The notes under the pieces are model-generated. The model did no database searches. It had not been told where the DNA came from and saw only the letters and a program-made list of their open reading frames with translations. A program made the position numbers and the translations under genes. Shown here piece after piece: positions 24,338-32,941 of a stretch of 36,057 bases of DNA. This stretch comes from a virus. Lineage: Duplodnaviria; Caudoviricetes. How positions within the stretch are numbered: position 1 is the stretch's first letter; the number at the start of each line of letters is the position of its first letter. The stretch covers positions 1 to 36,057 of the IMG/VR virus record IMGVR_UViG_3300010011_000077; one strand, given 5' to 3'.

Positions 24338-26548
24338 CTATTTCTTTCCAACAGTTCCTTCGTCAATCCAAAATCCGCCATGTTCTTTTATCCTGTTTCT
24401 GACCGTTTTTTCTGATGTACCCATATATTCAGCCAGATCTTTTACTGTAACTGTTCCATTTAAACTGCATGCTTCGAATGCTGTTTCAAGCGAAACTTTC
24501 CTTTCTTTTGCTGCAACCTCAGGCGATTTCTTCTTTTTAAAATTACGTTTCCATGCTGGAGCTTCACCTTCTGCTTCTACGTCCTTCAGACTGCCAATTC
24601 TATCTACATGATGTACCGGATAATCAAACCAGAGATTTACCGGTTCAAATTTAGGGAACTCTCTTAATGTACCTTCAATTCGCCATGCTGTACGTTGCCT
24701 TACTGCCTTTTCAACGGCTGCTATATCCTTCTGCATAGCTTTATATTGTTCTGTACTTAAATGCTTCTCACACAGCTTCAGCATGGCATTCTGATTGCAC
24801 ATATCATCTTGTGATGGCTCATAATCAGGCCTGTAATTATCCAGCCAATTAATACATACCTGGCATACTGCTTTATTAATTTCCTGCTTTAATAAGTCAT
24901 CTGTAATTTCAAGTTCAATCAGGTCCAGGAGAGCATCCGGATCTCTGGCAAATACACCTGAGCCTGAAGCCCTATCCATGCTACGCTTTTGGCCCTGATA
25001 CCCCTTAGAATGATGGTGACAGTAAATAACAGCAACACCTAATTCAGAGCATACTTTATCAAATTGATTACAAAAATGCGCCATCTGGTCTGCGCTGTTT
25101 TCATCACCAGTGATAACTTTATAGATAGGGTCTATAATGATTGCAATGTAATTCTTTTTCGCTGCTCTCCGGATGAGTTTTGGAGCCAGCTTGTCCATTG
25201 GTACCGACTTACCACGCAAGTTCCAAATATCAATATTTCCAAGGTTATTTGGGGCCCATCCAAGTGCCGAATATACATCCTTAAAACGATGTAAGCAGCT
25301 TGCCCTATCTAGCTCCAGGTTGACATACATAACCCTTCCTTGAGCACACTTCCAATTGAACCATGTCTTTCCTTCTGCTATGGCAATACATAGCTCAATA
25401 AGTGCATATGACTTCCCAGCTTTTGAAGGACCGGCTACAAGCATTTTATGTCCCTGACGCAAAACCCCTTCTATTAATGGCGGTGACAGTTCCGGAAGGT
25501 TATCCCATACAGCTGCCATGCTTTCAAGTTCGGGTAGGTCATCATTAATACCTTCAATCCATTCTTTCCACTCATTCCAGGACTCTTTGCCGATATTAGT
25601 ATCTACAAGGAATTGCTTTCTGCCATTTCGCATTACTCCTGGCATCCTAGATAATCTGGATGGGTTCTTATTTTGGGTATCAACCTTCAGGCCGTTCTTT
25701 TTGCATATTTCATAAAGGAAATCAACTCGTTTTCGATATTCGTCATAATTTGCAGCTTCAATTTTTACAATTGCATGAAGGCTCTTTCCTCCAGAATGAA
25801 CCAAACAAGCAATAGGCAATTCCAATTCACGGAGAATTGCATTTTGCTTTTCAATGTCCATATCATCTGACTCTACCAGAGCATACCTGAAGTCTGTTAC
25901 ATTCTCGTTTTTTACACCTTTACCATCTAAGGGATTGAAACGTATCCATGCCCCTGCTTCAGGTCTATAGTCACCAAGTACAGAGCCGATATCACCATTA
26001 CATTGATTTAGATGTTGTATAAGTTCGCCGGCAGTTCTATCCCAGTGTCCTTTTGTAGGCAAATATTTCCCGTCTTTTTCCCAACTTTCAGTAACATATC
26101 CGACATTTTCAGATGCTTCAAATAATGTTTCCAGATACTTTACCAGGTCTCCTACTGGGTCCCAATCGTCTCCCGGTTCAACAATTTCTTTTCCTTCTAT
26201 CCAACCACGATCAATAATTACTCCGTCCTTAGGACCGATAATGTCATCCCAACCTATCTCATGGCTATCATCAGAATAATAAGGTTCCCATCCATTATCT
26301 TTGGCCATTTGAACAATGGTTCCGGCAGTTATGGGATTAGGAGCGCCCCGGAAAGTGTCCCATTTTTTAAAACACTCTCCGGGATGATATCTTTTAGGAT
26401 CTCTACGACTCCAATTATCCCAATCAGAGGCAGTATATCCAGCTTCCTTTAGTGCCATTCCGACACTAAGCCATTCCTGATAAGTAAGTATTGACGGATC
26501 GATGTAATCCAATAATTCTGTTAAATCGTATTTGCTGCTGTATCCCAT
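24338..26548 (-). CDS. Primase-helicase: PriCT-2-like domain, AEP/RepB-like primase, AAA_25 helicase, C-terminal HTH
   Basis: YQEWLSVGMALK...WDNWS; ALVESD, HSGGKSLH, NPSRLSRMPG; GPSKAGKS Walker A; IIIDP; HHHSKG; ASGSGVFARDPD. Confidence 0.9.
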   Translation of the reverse strand: MGYSSKYDLTELLDYIDPSILTYQEWLSVGMALKEAGYTASDWDNWSRRDPKRYHPGECFKKWDTFRGAPNPITAGTIVQMAKDNGWEPYYSDDSHEIGWDDIIGPKDGVIIDRGWIEGKEIVEPGDDWDPVGDLVKYLETLFEASENVGYVTESWEKDGKYLPTKGHWDRTAGELIQHLNQCNGDIGSVLGDYRPEAGAWIRFNPLDGKGVKNENVTDFRYALVESDDMDIEKQNAILRELELPIACLVHSGGKSLHAIVKIEAANYDEYRKRVDFLYEICKKNGLKVDTQNKNPSRLSRMPGVMRNGRKQFLVDTNIGKESWNEWKEWIEGINDDLPELESMAAVWDNLPELSPPLIEGVLRQGHKMLVAGPSKAGKSYALIELCIAIAEGKTWFNWKCAQGRVMYVNLELDRASCLHRFKDVYSALGWAPNNLGNIDIWNLRGKSVPMDKLAPKLIRRAAKKNYIAIIIDPIYKVITGDENSADQMAHFCNQFDKVCSELGVAVIYCHHHSKGYQGQKRSMDRASGSGVFARDPDALLDLIELEITDDLLKQEINKAVCQVCINWLDNYRPDYEPSQDDMCNQNAMLKLCEKHLSTEQYKAMQKDIAAVEKAVRQRTAWRIEGTLREFPKFEPVNLWFDYPVHHVDRIGSLKDVEAEGEAPAWKRNFKKKKSPEVAAKERKVSLETAFEACSLNGTVTVKDLAEYMGTSEKTVRNRIKEHGGFWIDEGTVGKK

Positions 26549-26569
26549 ATCATCACTACCTCATCATGA

Positions 26570-28159
26570 TTAAATTAATTCTGGCTTATAGGTAGAAGGA
26601 TTTATATCATATGGTACCCTCCAGCCATTAGCCGCTATTCGGTCAATTAATTTTCTTGCTGCTTCGAACTGCCAGGTACCAACATGGATAAAACCTCTGC
26701 CTTCAAGAAAACGAATCTGTTTTGGTGTGGTAAGGCCTTCGCGTCTGCGTTTTTCTAATCTATCAAGTAATTTAGCTGCTTTACCGGCATTATCTATTTC
26801 ATCAGGAAAAATGCCATATTTTTCAAGCAACTGTAACTGCTTTTGTGAAGGCGGAGCCATCTCCCAACCAAATGCAGGAACATAATTAGCAAGGTCTTCA
26901 GCTTGGATAGACATTTCAAATTGTAAAGGATCTACAAGCTTACGCTTCCTGTTCCGCATCTCCTGCAATTGTTTTGCCAATGCTTCCTCTCTTTGAGCCA
27001 CTATATCTTCGGATGCTTGCTTTTCAGCTGCTTCAATATCAACAGGACATCCTGCGGCAGCCTCCAAGTTTTCTGTCATCTTCTTTGCAACTTCTTCACT
27101 TGTGCAAATAAGGTGTGCAGGATGACATAATTCGTGTCGCTCTGTATGCCATAAAAAGTCCAAAAGTAATAAATAATCTTTTCCAGGGCACAGCCTGGTT
27201 CCACGACCTACCATCTGGGCATATAGGCTTCTTATCTTAGTGGGTCGTAATGGCACAATACAATCAACACTTGGGCAGTCCCAGCCTTCGGTAAGTAGCA
27301 TTGAGTTGCATAAAACATCATATTTCCCTGCCTCGAAATCAGCTAATATTTGCGCTCTGTCAGCACTGTCTCCGTTAACTTCAGCAGCTCTAAAGCCTTT
27401 GCTTATTAAAATATCCCTGAATTTTTGGCTGGTTTTTATGAGCGGAAGAAATACAACTGTCTTGCGATTCATGCAGTACTTAGCCATTTCATCTGCTATT
27501 TGATATAAATATGGGTCCAGAGCTGTTCCTAAATCGCCAGACTTGAAGTCTCCGGCCTGAACTCCTACTCCGGATAAGTCCAATTTAATCGGAATAGTCA
27601 TAGCCTTAATTGGACATAAATAACCTTCCTTAATTGCCTTAGGTAAGGTATATTCATAAGCCAGGCTTTGAAAATAACTTCCCAGATTCCGCATGTCGCC
27701 ACGATCAGGTGTTGCAGTAACACCTAATACTTTTGCATCTGCAAAGTACTGCAGTACTCTTTGGTAACTATCACTTATACAATGATGTGCTTCATCTACA
27801 ATGATGCTGTTAAAATAATCTTGCGGGAATTGCTTTAGACGGGATTCTCTCATAAGTGATTGCACAGAACCTACAACAACCCGAAACCAACTGCCGAGAC
27901 AGGTTTCCTCTGCCTTTTCAACCGCACATCCCAGGCCGGTTGATTGATATAGCTTATCAGCAGCCTGTTCAAGCAGCTCGCTCCGGTGAGCAAGTATAAG
28001 TACTCGCTCACCATTGCGAACACAATCAGCTGTAATACTGGAAAATACTATTGTTTTACCTGTACCGGTCGGAAGAACCAGGAGTGTTTTTTTATTACCC
28101 TTTTCCCATTCCGCAAAGACAGCATTCTTCGCTTCTATCTGGTAGGGTCTTAATTCCAT
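26570..28159 (-). CDS. SF2 DEAD/DEAH-box helicase
   Basis: LRPYQ, PTGTGKT, DEAHH, TATP, TEGWDCP, QMVGRGTR. Confidence 0.95.
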   Translation of the reverse strand: MELRPYQIEAKNAVFAEWEKGNKKTLLVLPTGTGKTIVFSSITADCVRNGERVLILAHRSELLEQAADKLYQSTGLGCAVEKAEETCLGSWFRVVVGSVQSLMRESRLKQFPQDYFNSIIVDEAHHCISDSYQRVLQYFADAKVLGVTATPDRGDMRNLGSYFQSLAYEYTLPKAIKEGYLCPIKAMTIPIKLDLSGVGVQAGDFKSGDLGTALDPYLYQIADEMAKYCMNRKTVVFLPLIKTSQKFRDILISKGFRAAEVNGDSADRAQILADFEAGKYDVLCNSMLLTEGWDCPSVDCIVPLRPTKIRSLYAQMVGRGTRLCPGKDYLLLLDFLWHTERHELCHPAHLICTSEEVAKKMTENLEAAAGCPVDIEAAEKQASEDIVAQREEALAKQLQEMRNRKRKLVDPLQFEMSIQAEDLANYVPAFGWEMAPPSQKQLQLLEKYGIFPDEIDNAGKAAKLLDRLEKRRREGLTTPKQIRFLEGRGFIHVGTWQFEAARKLIDRIAANGWRVPYDINPSTYKPELI

Positions 28160-28161
28160 AA

Positions 28162-28617
28162 TTAAAACCTCCCAGCTTCAAACTTTTTGGTTGGCGCACC
28201 CTCTTCAGGTTCGTAAAACTTCTTGATTTCATTCATGACGATTTTTTCGCCTTTATCATTGGTCCACTCTTTGATGCCGACTTTACATCTTCCAATGGAC
28301 CCCGGAACTGCGTTCCAGTTCATTGTTATTCGCTCACCTTTCTTGCGTTGGCCAATTGCAGTAAAGAATGCACATAACATTCCCTCTGTTTTGGTATGCA
28401 AGAACAGATTATGCTTGATGACTGTTTCTCCTTCCTCGCCCTTTATCTTGATATGTAAAGTAGCTTTATTACACGGAGGAAGTTTATCGCTGCCATTATG
28501 ACGTCCTCGCTCAAAGCTTATTACTTCAAAATCATAATCGCCTTCCGGGAGCACTACATAATCCGGGCCATCGTTTTCAATCTGATCATTCCAACCTAAT
28601 TCTCTTTCTTCATTCAT
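28162..28617 (-). CDS. DUF669-like single-stranded DNA-binding protein
   Basis: LPEGDYDFEV...NEIKKFY; directly after the Sak4-like gene. Confidence 0.8.
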   Translation of the reverse strand: MNEERELGWNDQIENDGPDYVVLPEGDYDFEVISFERGRHNGSDKLPPCNKATLHIKIKGEEGETVIKHNLFLHTKTEGMLCAFFTAIGQRKKGERITMNWNAVPGSIGRCKVGIKEWTNDKGEKIVMNEIKKFYEPEEGAPTKKFEAGRF

Positions 28618-28647
28618 AAAACAAGTCTCCTTTCTTTTTTGTGATAT

Positions 28648-29802
28648 TTAATTAAATGGTATTTCATCCGGGTCTGCTGAAACAAACTTCCCACTCTTTA
28701 ATCGATTCTCTTTAATAAGTCCAAATACCGTTGTCCATGCTCCAACTAGGCATCCGGAAACAAATCCTGGATCATATTTTTCTATTGGAGTATCTATAGG
28801 ATAATATCCTCTTTGAGCAACTACGGCCTGAATTTCCTCTTCTGTAACATTGTTGATTATCATTAGGTCAGCAAGGGACTTAGGGATACCATTTTTCAGT
28901 CCAGTAGCTGCCGGCGCTGGCTTAGGAGCTGGCTCTGGTGGATTCATATTTTCCTTTAATGGGTCACTATTCCCAACAGACTTAGGTTCAGATGGCTGTT
29001 CTGATGTAGTAGGCATCTCTTGCCTATTTTCCGCTGTAATATTTTTCTTCATTTTCTGCGGTTCTGCCTTAATCCCACTTTCAGGGATGCAATGAGCAAT
29101 GGCCTGATATTCAAACGGTAATTCATCTGCTAAATCATGCCGGTTCTTGGCATCCCAACAAGAATGGTGCGTGGTATACATTACCCTCTTGCCACCCTGG
29201 GCTTTATTCTTGCCTTTTTGTACGCCTTGACCGTCAACATTAACTACATAGGTCTTATAATTGGCGAACAATACCATGTCTGCCCATTCCTTCAGTAATG
29301 GGGCCGTTTTCTTTTCAAGTTTCAATTCCCATCGGTCATATGCTCCCAGCTCGTCCGGCTGTTCAAATTTCCGCATCTGAGCATGAGCAACAACCACAAC
29401 ATTTATTCCTTTCTCTATAATCTCTTCCAGCAGGTTCAGTAATCGTCCGAATTCTTCCTCAAGATAAACATATCCTTTGCCATAACCAAAATCTTCGATT
29501 CCGGATTTCTGTGACTTTGAGCATATATGTTCAACACATAGACGCTCTGCCCAGTCTGCAGTATCTAAAACTAATGTCTTACATATTCCAGGATTATCTC
29601 TGAAATACTTAACCTGTTCCATTAACATAGTCCAGCTAGTTGGTTTAGGTGTTCTGGCTACATCCAATCTTTTTGTGCTTCCCTCAGTATCAATGAATAC
29701 CGGATCCGGGAAATGTGAAGCAAATGTTGACTTACCTATTCCTTCTGGGCCATAAATAACTACTTTTTGAGCGCTATCAATCTTTCCCTTAATGATATTC
29801 AT
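28648..29802 (-). CDS. AAA_24 / Sak4-like ATPase (single-strand annealing recombinase)
   Basis: IYGPEGIGKSTFA, FIDTEG, LVLDTADW, AKNRH; C-terminal DEIPF SSB-like tail. Confidence 0.88.
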   Translation of the reverse strand: MNIIKGKIDSAQKVVIYGPEGIGKSTFASHFPDPVFIDTEGSTKRLDVARTPKPTSWTMLMEQVKYFRDNPGICKTLVLDTADWAERLCVEHICSKSQKSGIEDFGYGKGYVYLEEEFGRLLNLLEEIIEKGINVVVVAHAQMRKFEQPDELGAYDRWELKLEKKTAPLLKEWADMVLFANYKTYVVNVDGQGVQKGKNKAQGGKRVMYTTHHSCWDAKNRHDLADELPFEYQAIAHCIPESGIKAEPQKMKKNITAENRQEMPTTSEQPSEPKSVGNSDPLKENMNPPEPAPKPAPAATGLKNGIPKSLADLMIINNVTEEEIQAVVAQRGYYPIDTPIEKYDPGFVSGCLVGAWTTVFGLIKENRLKSGKFVSADPDEIPFN

Positions 29803-31103
29803 TAAAATTCACCTACCTTCCATGTGGGTTTAATAGTTTCAGTGTTTTTCTGTGGGGTAAGTGTTTTTACTTCAGGTATTTCTTGCCCTAAAACATAACC
29901 ATCCTGGATAATAATGCTGCATTCATCTCCGGTACTTACTCTGGTGGCAATTGCCTGCAATCCTTCCTGCTCCAGCCATTCTCCAAATTCCTTAAGAGTA
30001 TCCAAATCCATTTGTTCCAGCTTATCCAACAGAACAAAACCGCATTTAGGATTAAGTTTTCGGACAATAGCGGTGGATACTTTAAGCTGTTCTGAGCTAC
30101 TCATACAATCCCATTTCTTGCCGTTATAAACCAATTCACCATCCTGTACTGATAAACCAGGTAAAGGCAGATCTGCTCCTTTAAGAAGGTCAATTTTAGC
30201 TTGACGTACATTCTCAATTTCAACAGTTAGCTTGTTATATTGATCAATATAGTTTTGTGCATCCTCTTCGGCTTTTTCTTTATCAAGGTTGGCACGCACT
30301 TTACGATTAATCTCTTCAATATTTGCGATGTTCCGCTCCAGTTCAGCTGTACTTTCATCCTGCAGATTTTGAGCAGATTTTCGAGCAATCTCCAGGTCCT
30401 TTTCTAATTCCTGCTGACGTTTCATTAGCTCAGCTAATTGTTCATTAACCCTTTGATATTCCTGCTCTAACCGGTGCAAATTTTCACGTTTCCTTTGATT
30501 TTCAGCATTTCGTGCCAGTATTTCCTGTTGCTGCTTAATTAGTTCAGATGCGGATATAAGCTCCTTAGGAGCATCCGGATAATATGGTTGTTCCTGAGCA
30601 AACTTCTTTTTTTGATCAGCTATTTGGCCGATAGCATGACGTTGGTTATACAACATGGTTTCTTTTTGCTCAAGTTCGGCAAGCTTATCACCAACGCCAA
30701 TTATCCTGAGCAATATGTTTGCTTTTTCTTTGTTATTAGCCTGCATAAACTTCGGTAAATCCAAGGCTAATTGTTCTACAAACTCATTCAGGAGCTGCTG
30801 TCCGCCTTTTTTTCCACTAGGGTCAGTTACTTTCAAATCACTGTTTTTACCTTTACGTTCAACAATTAATCCATTGGAAAGAACAATATGTAAATAAGGT
30901 GGTATTACTGACCCATCCCTTTGTGGTTCAGATGGCCGGTACTTGTCTCCTCCAAGAGCCCAACAAATTGCATCCAATACAGAGGTTTTACCTTGATTAT
31001 TTTTTCCACCGATTACAGTAAGCCCATTCTGCGTAGGCTCAATTTTTACAGCCTTAACACGCTTTACATTTTCTATTTCAAGCTTATTGATTTTTATACT
31101 CAT
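29802..31103 (-). CDS. SMC/Rad50-like ATPase with coiled coil (AAA_23)
   Basis: GKNNQGKTS Walker A; long coiled coil; MSSSEQ signature-like motif; VLLDKLEQMD. Confidence 0.88.
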   Translation of the reverse strand: MSIKINKLEIENVKRVKAVKIEPTQNGLTVIGGKNNQGKTSVLDAICWALGGDKYRPSEPQRDGSVIPPYLHIVLSNGLIVERKGKNSDLKVTDPSGKKGGQQLLNEFVEQLALDLPKFMQANNKEKANILLRIIGVGDKLAELEQKETMLYNQRHAIGQIADQKKKFAQEQPYYPDAPKELISASELIKQQQEILARNAENQRKRENLHRLEQEYQRVNEQLAELMKRQQELEKDLEIARKSAQNLQDESTAELERNIANIEEINRKVRANLDKEKAEEDAQNYIDQYNKLTVEIENVRQAKIDLLKGADLPLPGLSVQDGELVYNGKKWDCMSSSEQLKVSTAIVRKLNPKCGFVLLDKLEQMDLDTLKEFGEWLEQEGLQAIATRVSTGDECSIIIQDGYVLGQEIPEVKTLTPQKNTETIKPTWKVGEF

Positions 31104-31154
31104 ATGTTTATTTCCTCCTCGACATATAATTACATATGTGGCAGTATCTCACGT

Positions 31155-31418
31155 TTACCTCCCCTTTAAAGCGCTTACAACCTTCTGTCCGCATACCAGG
31201 CAGATAGTTGTCCCGTCTACATTTATAAGGAGCTTCTCTGATCCACATAATGCACACTCGTTTTTGGCCTTTACGGCCTTGAGGCATATGGTGTCTCCTT
31301 CTACATAGATTTCAACCGGATCACCGGTTTTAATATCCAGTGTCTTACGCAGCTCCATAGGAAGAGTGATTCTTCCGAGTTGGTCCAGATTTCTTACAAT
31401 ACCTAATGTCTTTTTCAT
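31155..31418 (-). CDS. abrB: AbrB-family transition-state regulator homologue (full length)
   Basis: GIVRNLDQLGRITLPMELRKTLDI..GDPVEIYVEGD.I.LK plus C-terminal CALC...CLVC as in clostridial AbrB. Confidence 0.88.
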   Translation of the reverse strand: MKKTLGIVRNLDQLGRITLPMELRKTLDIKTGDPVEIYVEGDTICLKAVKAKNECALCGSEKLLINVDGTTICLVCGQKVVSALKGR

Positions 31419-31419
31419 A

Positions 31420-31510
31420 TTGACCTCCTTTACAAATTCGATTACAATTAAATTAGGAAAGTTTTGTTATGGGCCTGTTTGGAGTTGCCGCTCCAGCGGG
31501 CCTTATTCTT
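31420..31510 (+). ncRNA. Candidate ~55-nt antisense RNA unit (promoter plus terminator hairpin)
   Basis: TTGACC (31420-25), 17 bp, TACAAT (31443-48); hairpin 31471-31503 with G-U pairs on +, then TATTCTTT. Confidence 0.5.
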
Positions 31511-31716
31511 TGCAAATAAGTTTCGGTCCTGATAATATCATCATAAATAGCTTTTTCTTTTTCTGCTGATAGCAGACTTAATGTGACTAATGCCATGAAC
31601 ATTCCCCAGGCTCGCTCAATATGTTCTCTCTTACCAGTGTCCTTTGCTTTAATTAGTTCTTTGTTTATAAGTTCTGCAACCATTACGACACTGAATTTAT
31701 ATACTTGGTTGCTCAT
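31453..31716 (-). CDS. Hypothetical early protein (87 aa)
   Basis: GGGAGGAGGGAG RBS; ATGA overlap with the upstream gene. Confidence 0.7.
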   Translation of the reverse strand: MSNQVYKFSVVMVAELINKELIKAKDTGKREHIERAWGMFMALVTLSLLSAEKEKAIYDDIIRTETYLQRIRPAGAATPNRPITKLS

Positions 31717-31907
31717 CTCTCCCTCCTCCCTGCTAAGTTACTTAAGATAATACCCAGGGCCAGTATAATGGCACCTATACCGGTGCGGATTATAAATTGC
31801 TTATTGGTTATGACTCCGCATTCCAGGGCACCATACTGCCCGGATATGTACACTAAGGAAAGAAAATAACAAATAAAACTGATAAAACATATTACTTTTT
31901 GCTTCAA
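31713..31907 (-). CDS. Small two-TM membrane protein
   Basis: TTG start with AAAGGAG RBS; two hydrophobic helices around GALE.G.I. Confidence 0.7.
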   Translation of the reverse strand: MKQKVICFISFICYFLSLVYISGQYGALECGVITNKQFIIRTGIGAIILALGIILSNLAGRRER

Positions 31908-31910
31908 TTA

Positions 31911-31930
31911 GCTTGCCTCTCCTTTCTGGC
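31911..31930. repeat. 20-bp direct repeat, copy 1 (contains minus-strand RBS)
   Basis: GCTTGCCTCTCCTTTCTGGC; 19/20 identical to 32739-32758. Confidence 0.8.
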
Positions 31931-31997
31931 ATATTTTGCTATATTGTGATATAATCTCCTTATCAGCCGGCACGCTGAAATACAAAGGAAAGGAGAT
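31926..31997 (+). promoter_or_regulatory. Extended -10 promoter and structured leader of the 197-aa gene
   Basis: TG-A-TATAAT at 31947-31955; ATCTCCTT (31954-61) is complementary to AAGGAGAT (31990-97); inner TCAGC/GCTGA stem. Confidence 0.65.
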
Positions 31998-32002
31998 CTA
32001 CA

Positions 32003-32596
32003 TTGAGAAATACATTTAAATTGTTCTTAGAACGTTCTGGTCAACCTTATCAGGTTGAAAGAGATGGAAAAATTATATTTACAGCTGATGGTTTACCCAA
32101 TCATGAGACCAGCACAAAAAGGCAATACATAGGATTTGCTCCTGGTACAGATATAAAACCTTATGATTGGGTAATAAATTCATTTGGAGAAAGGTTCTTT
32201 ATTGAAGACACAAAAACTATATTTGTTCAAAAAGAACCTCATTGTTTAAATGCATATTATTTAACACAAGTAGAATATCAAAAATCTCTGCAACAGAATT
32301 CAGCTACGTTTAATATTCAAAATGCCTATGGTTCCGTAATAGGTACACAAACTTATGTCACGCTTAACTACAATGATTCAATTCAAAAAGCTAAGGAACT
32401 TATTGAAACATCTAGCTCATCAGATAAAGATGCTCTTAATCAAATTATTTCATTGCTTGAAATGATAGTTAATAACCAGGTTCCTGTAACCAAAGGTTTG
32501 TTTTCTAAATTTTCTGCTGTAATGGAACGAAACTCATGGATTACAGGCTCAATCATGTCTGCTCTATTAAGTTGGCTGACAAGTCAAATAAGTTAG
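32003..32596 (+). CDS. Moron protein of unknown function, antisense to the early operon
   Basis: TTG start with AAAGGAG; AT-rich; beta-rich N-domain, N/Q/T-rich motif, helical C-terminal domain. Confidence 0.82.
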   Translation: MRNTFKLFLERSGQPYQVERDGKIIFTADGLPNHETSTKRQYIGFAPGTDIKPYDWVINSFGERFFIEDTKTIFVQKEPHCLNAYYLTQVEYQKSLQQNSATFNIQNAYGSVIGTQTYVTLNYNDSIQKAKELIETSSSSDKDALNQIISLLEMIVNNQVPVTKGLFSKFSAVMERNSWITGSIMSALLSWLTSQIS

Positions 32597-32735
32597 TCAT
32601 TCCTGAAAATGTTACAATTAGCTCCGTTTCTCCTGATGCGGAGCTTTTTATTTGATAGTCTTTAACATTAGAAATTTCATTACCATCAATAAATAGGCTA
32701 ATTCTATTGTCTAATCGTACAACCTTAATCTCCAC
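32553..32735 (-). CDS. Small beta-rich protein (60 aa), convergent and overlapping with the moron
   Basis: GTG start with AAAGGAGG RBS inside the repeat; 44-bp 3'-3' overlap. Confidence 0.7.
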   Translation of the reverse strand: MEIKVVRLDNRISLFIDGNEISNVKDYQIKSSASGETELIVTFSGMTNLFDLSANLIEQT

Positions 32736-32738
32736 TTG

Positions 32739-32758
32739 GCTTGCCCCTCCTTTCTGGC
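32739..32758. repeat. 20-bp direct repeat, copy 2
   Basis: GCTTGCCCCTCCTTTCTGGC. Confidence 0.8.
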
Positions 32759-32776
32759 TTGTCCACTGGTTACCGC

Positions 32777-32941
32777 TTACGCGGTTTTATCTTCAGGTTC
32801 CTCGTTGTAGCATAGGGCTCTTGTTGCAATTTCTCCAATTCTGCTAAGTATCTTTTCAATATCTTCATTTTTACAACGGCAATCATCATCAATGATTATG
32901 TGAGTACTGCCGTTTATGTAATAGTCCATTACAACTGCCAT
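32777..32941 (-). CDS. Small hypothetical protein (54 aa) absent from the ORF track
   Basis: GGAGGTG RBS; MAVVMDYYINGSTHIIIDDDCRCKNEDIEKILSRIGEIATRALCYNEEPEDKTA*. Confidence 0.7.
   Translation of the reverse strand: MAVVMDYYINGSTHIIIDDDCRCKNEDIEKILSRIGEIATRALCYNEEPEDKTA

Noticed and set aside
23853-24402. ORFs 23853..24206 and 24166..24402
   Set aside because: They are translations of the repeat/origin region with repeat-derived composition.
26570-31103. SMC-like ATPase plus helicase as an anti-plasmid or anti-phage defence system (Wadjet/Lamassu-like)
   Set aside because: They sit in the standard phage order ATPase, Sak4-like, SSB, helicase, primase within the lytic early operon, with no kleisin or effector partners.
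1469-31569. Numerous plus-strand ORFs of 60-224 aa (e.g. 9469..10143, 21033..21524, 3774..4247)
   Set aside because: They are antisense shadows of well-supported minus-strand phage genes, with no recognisable motifs.
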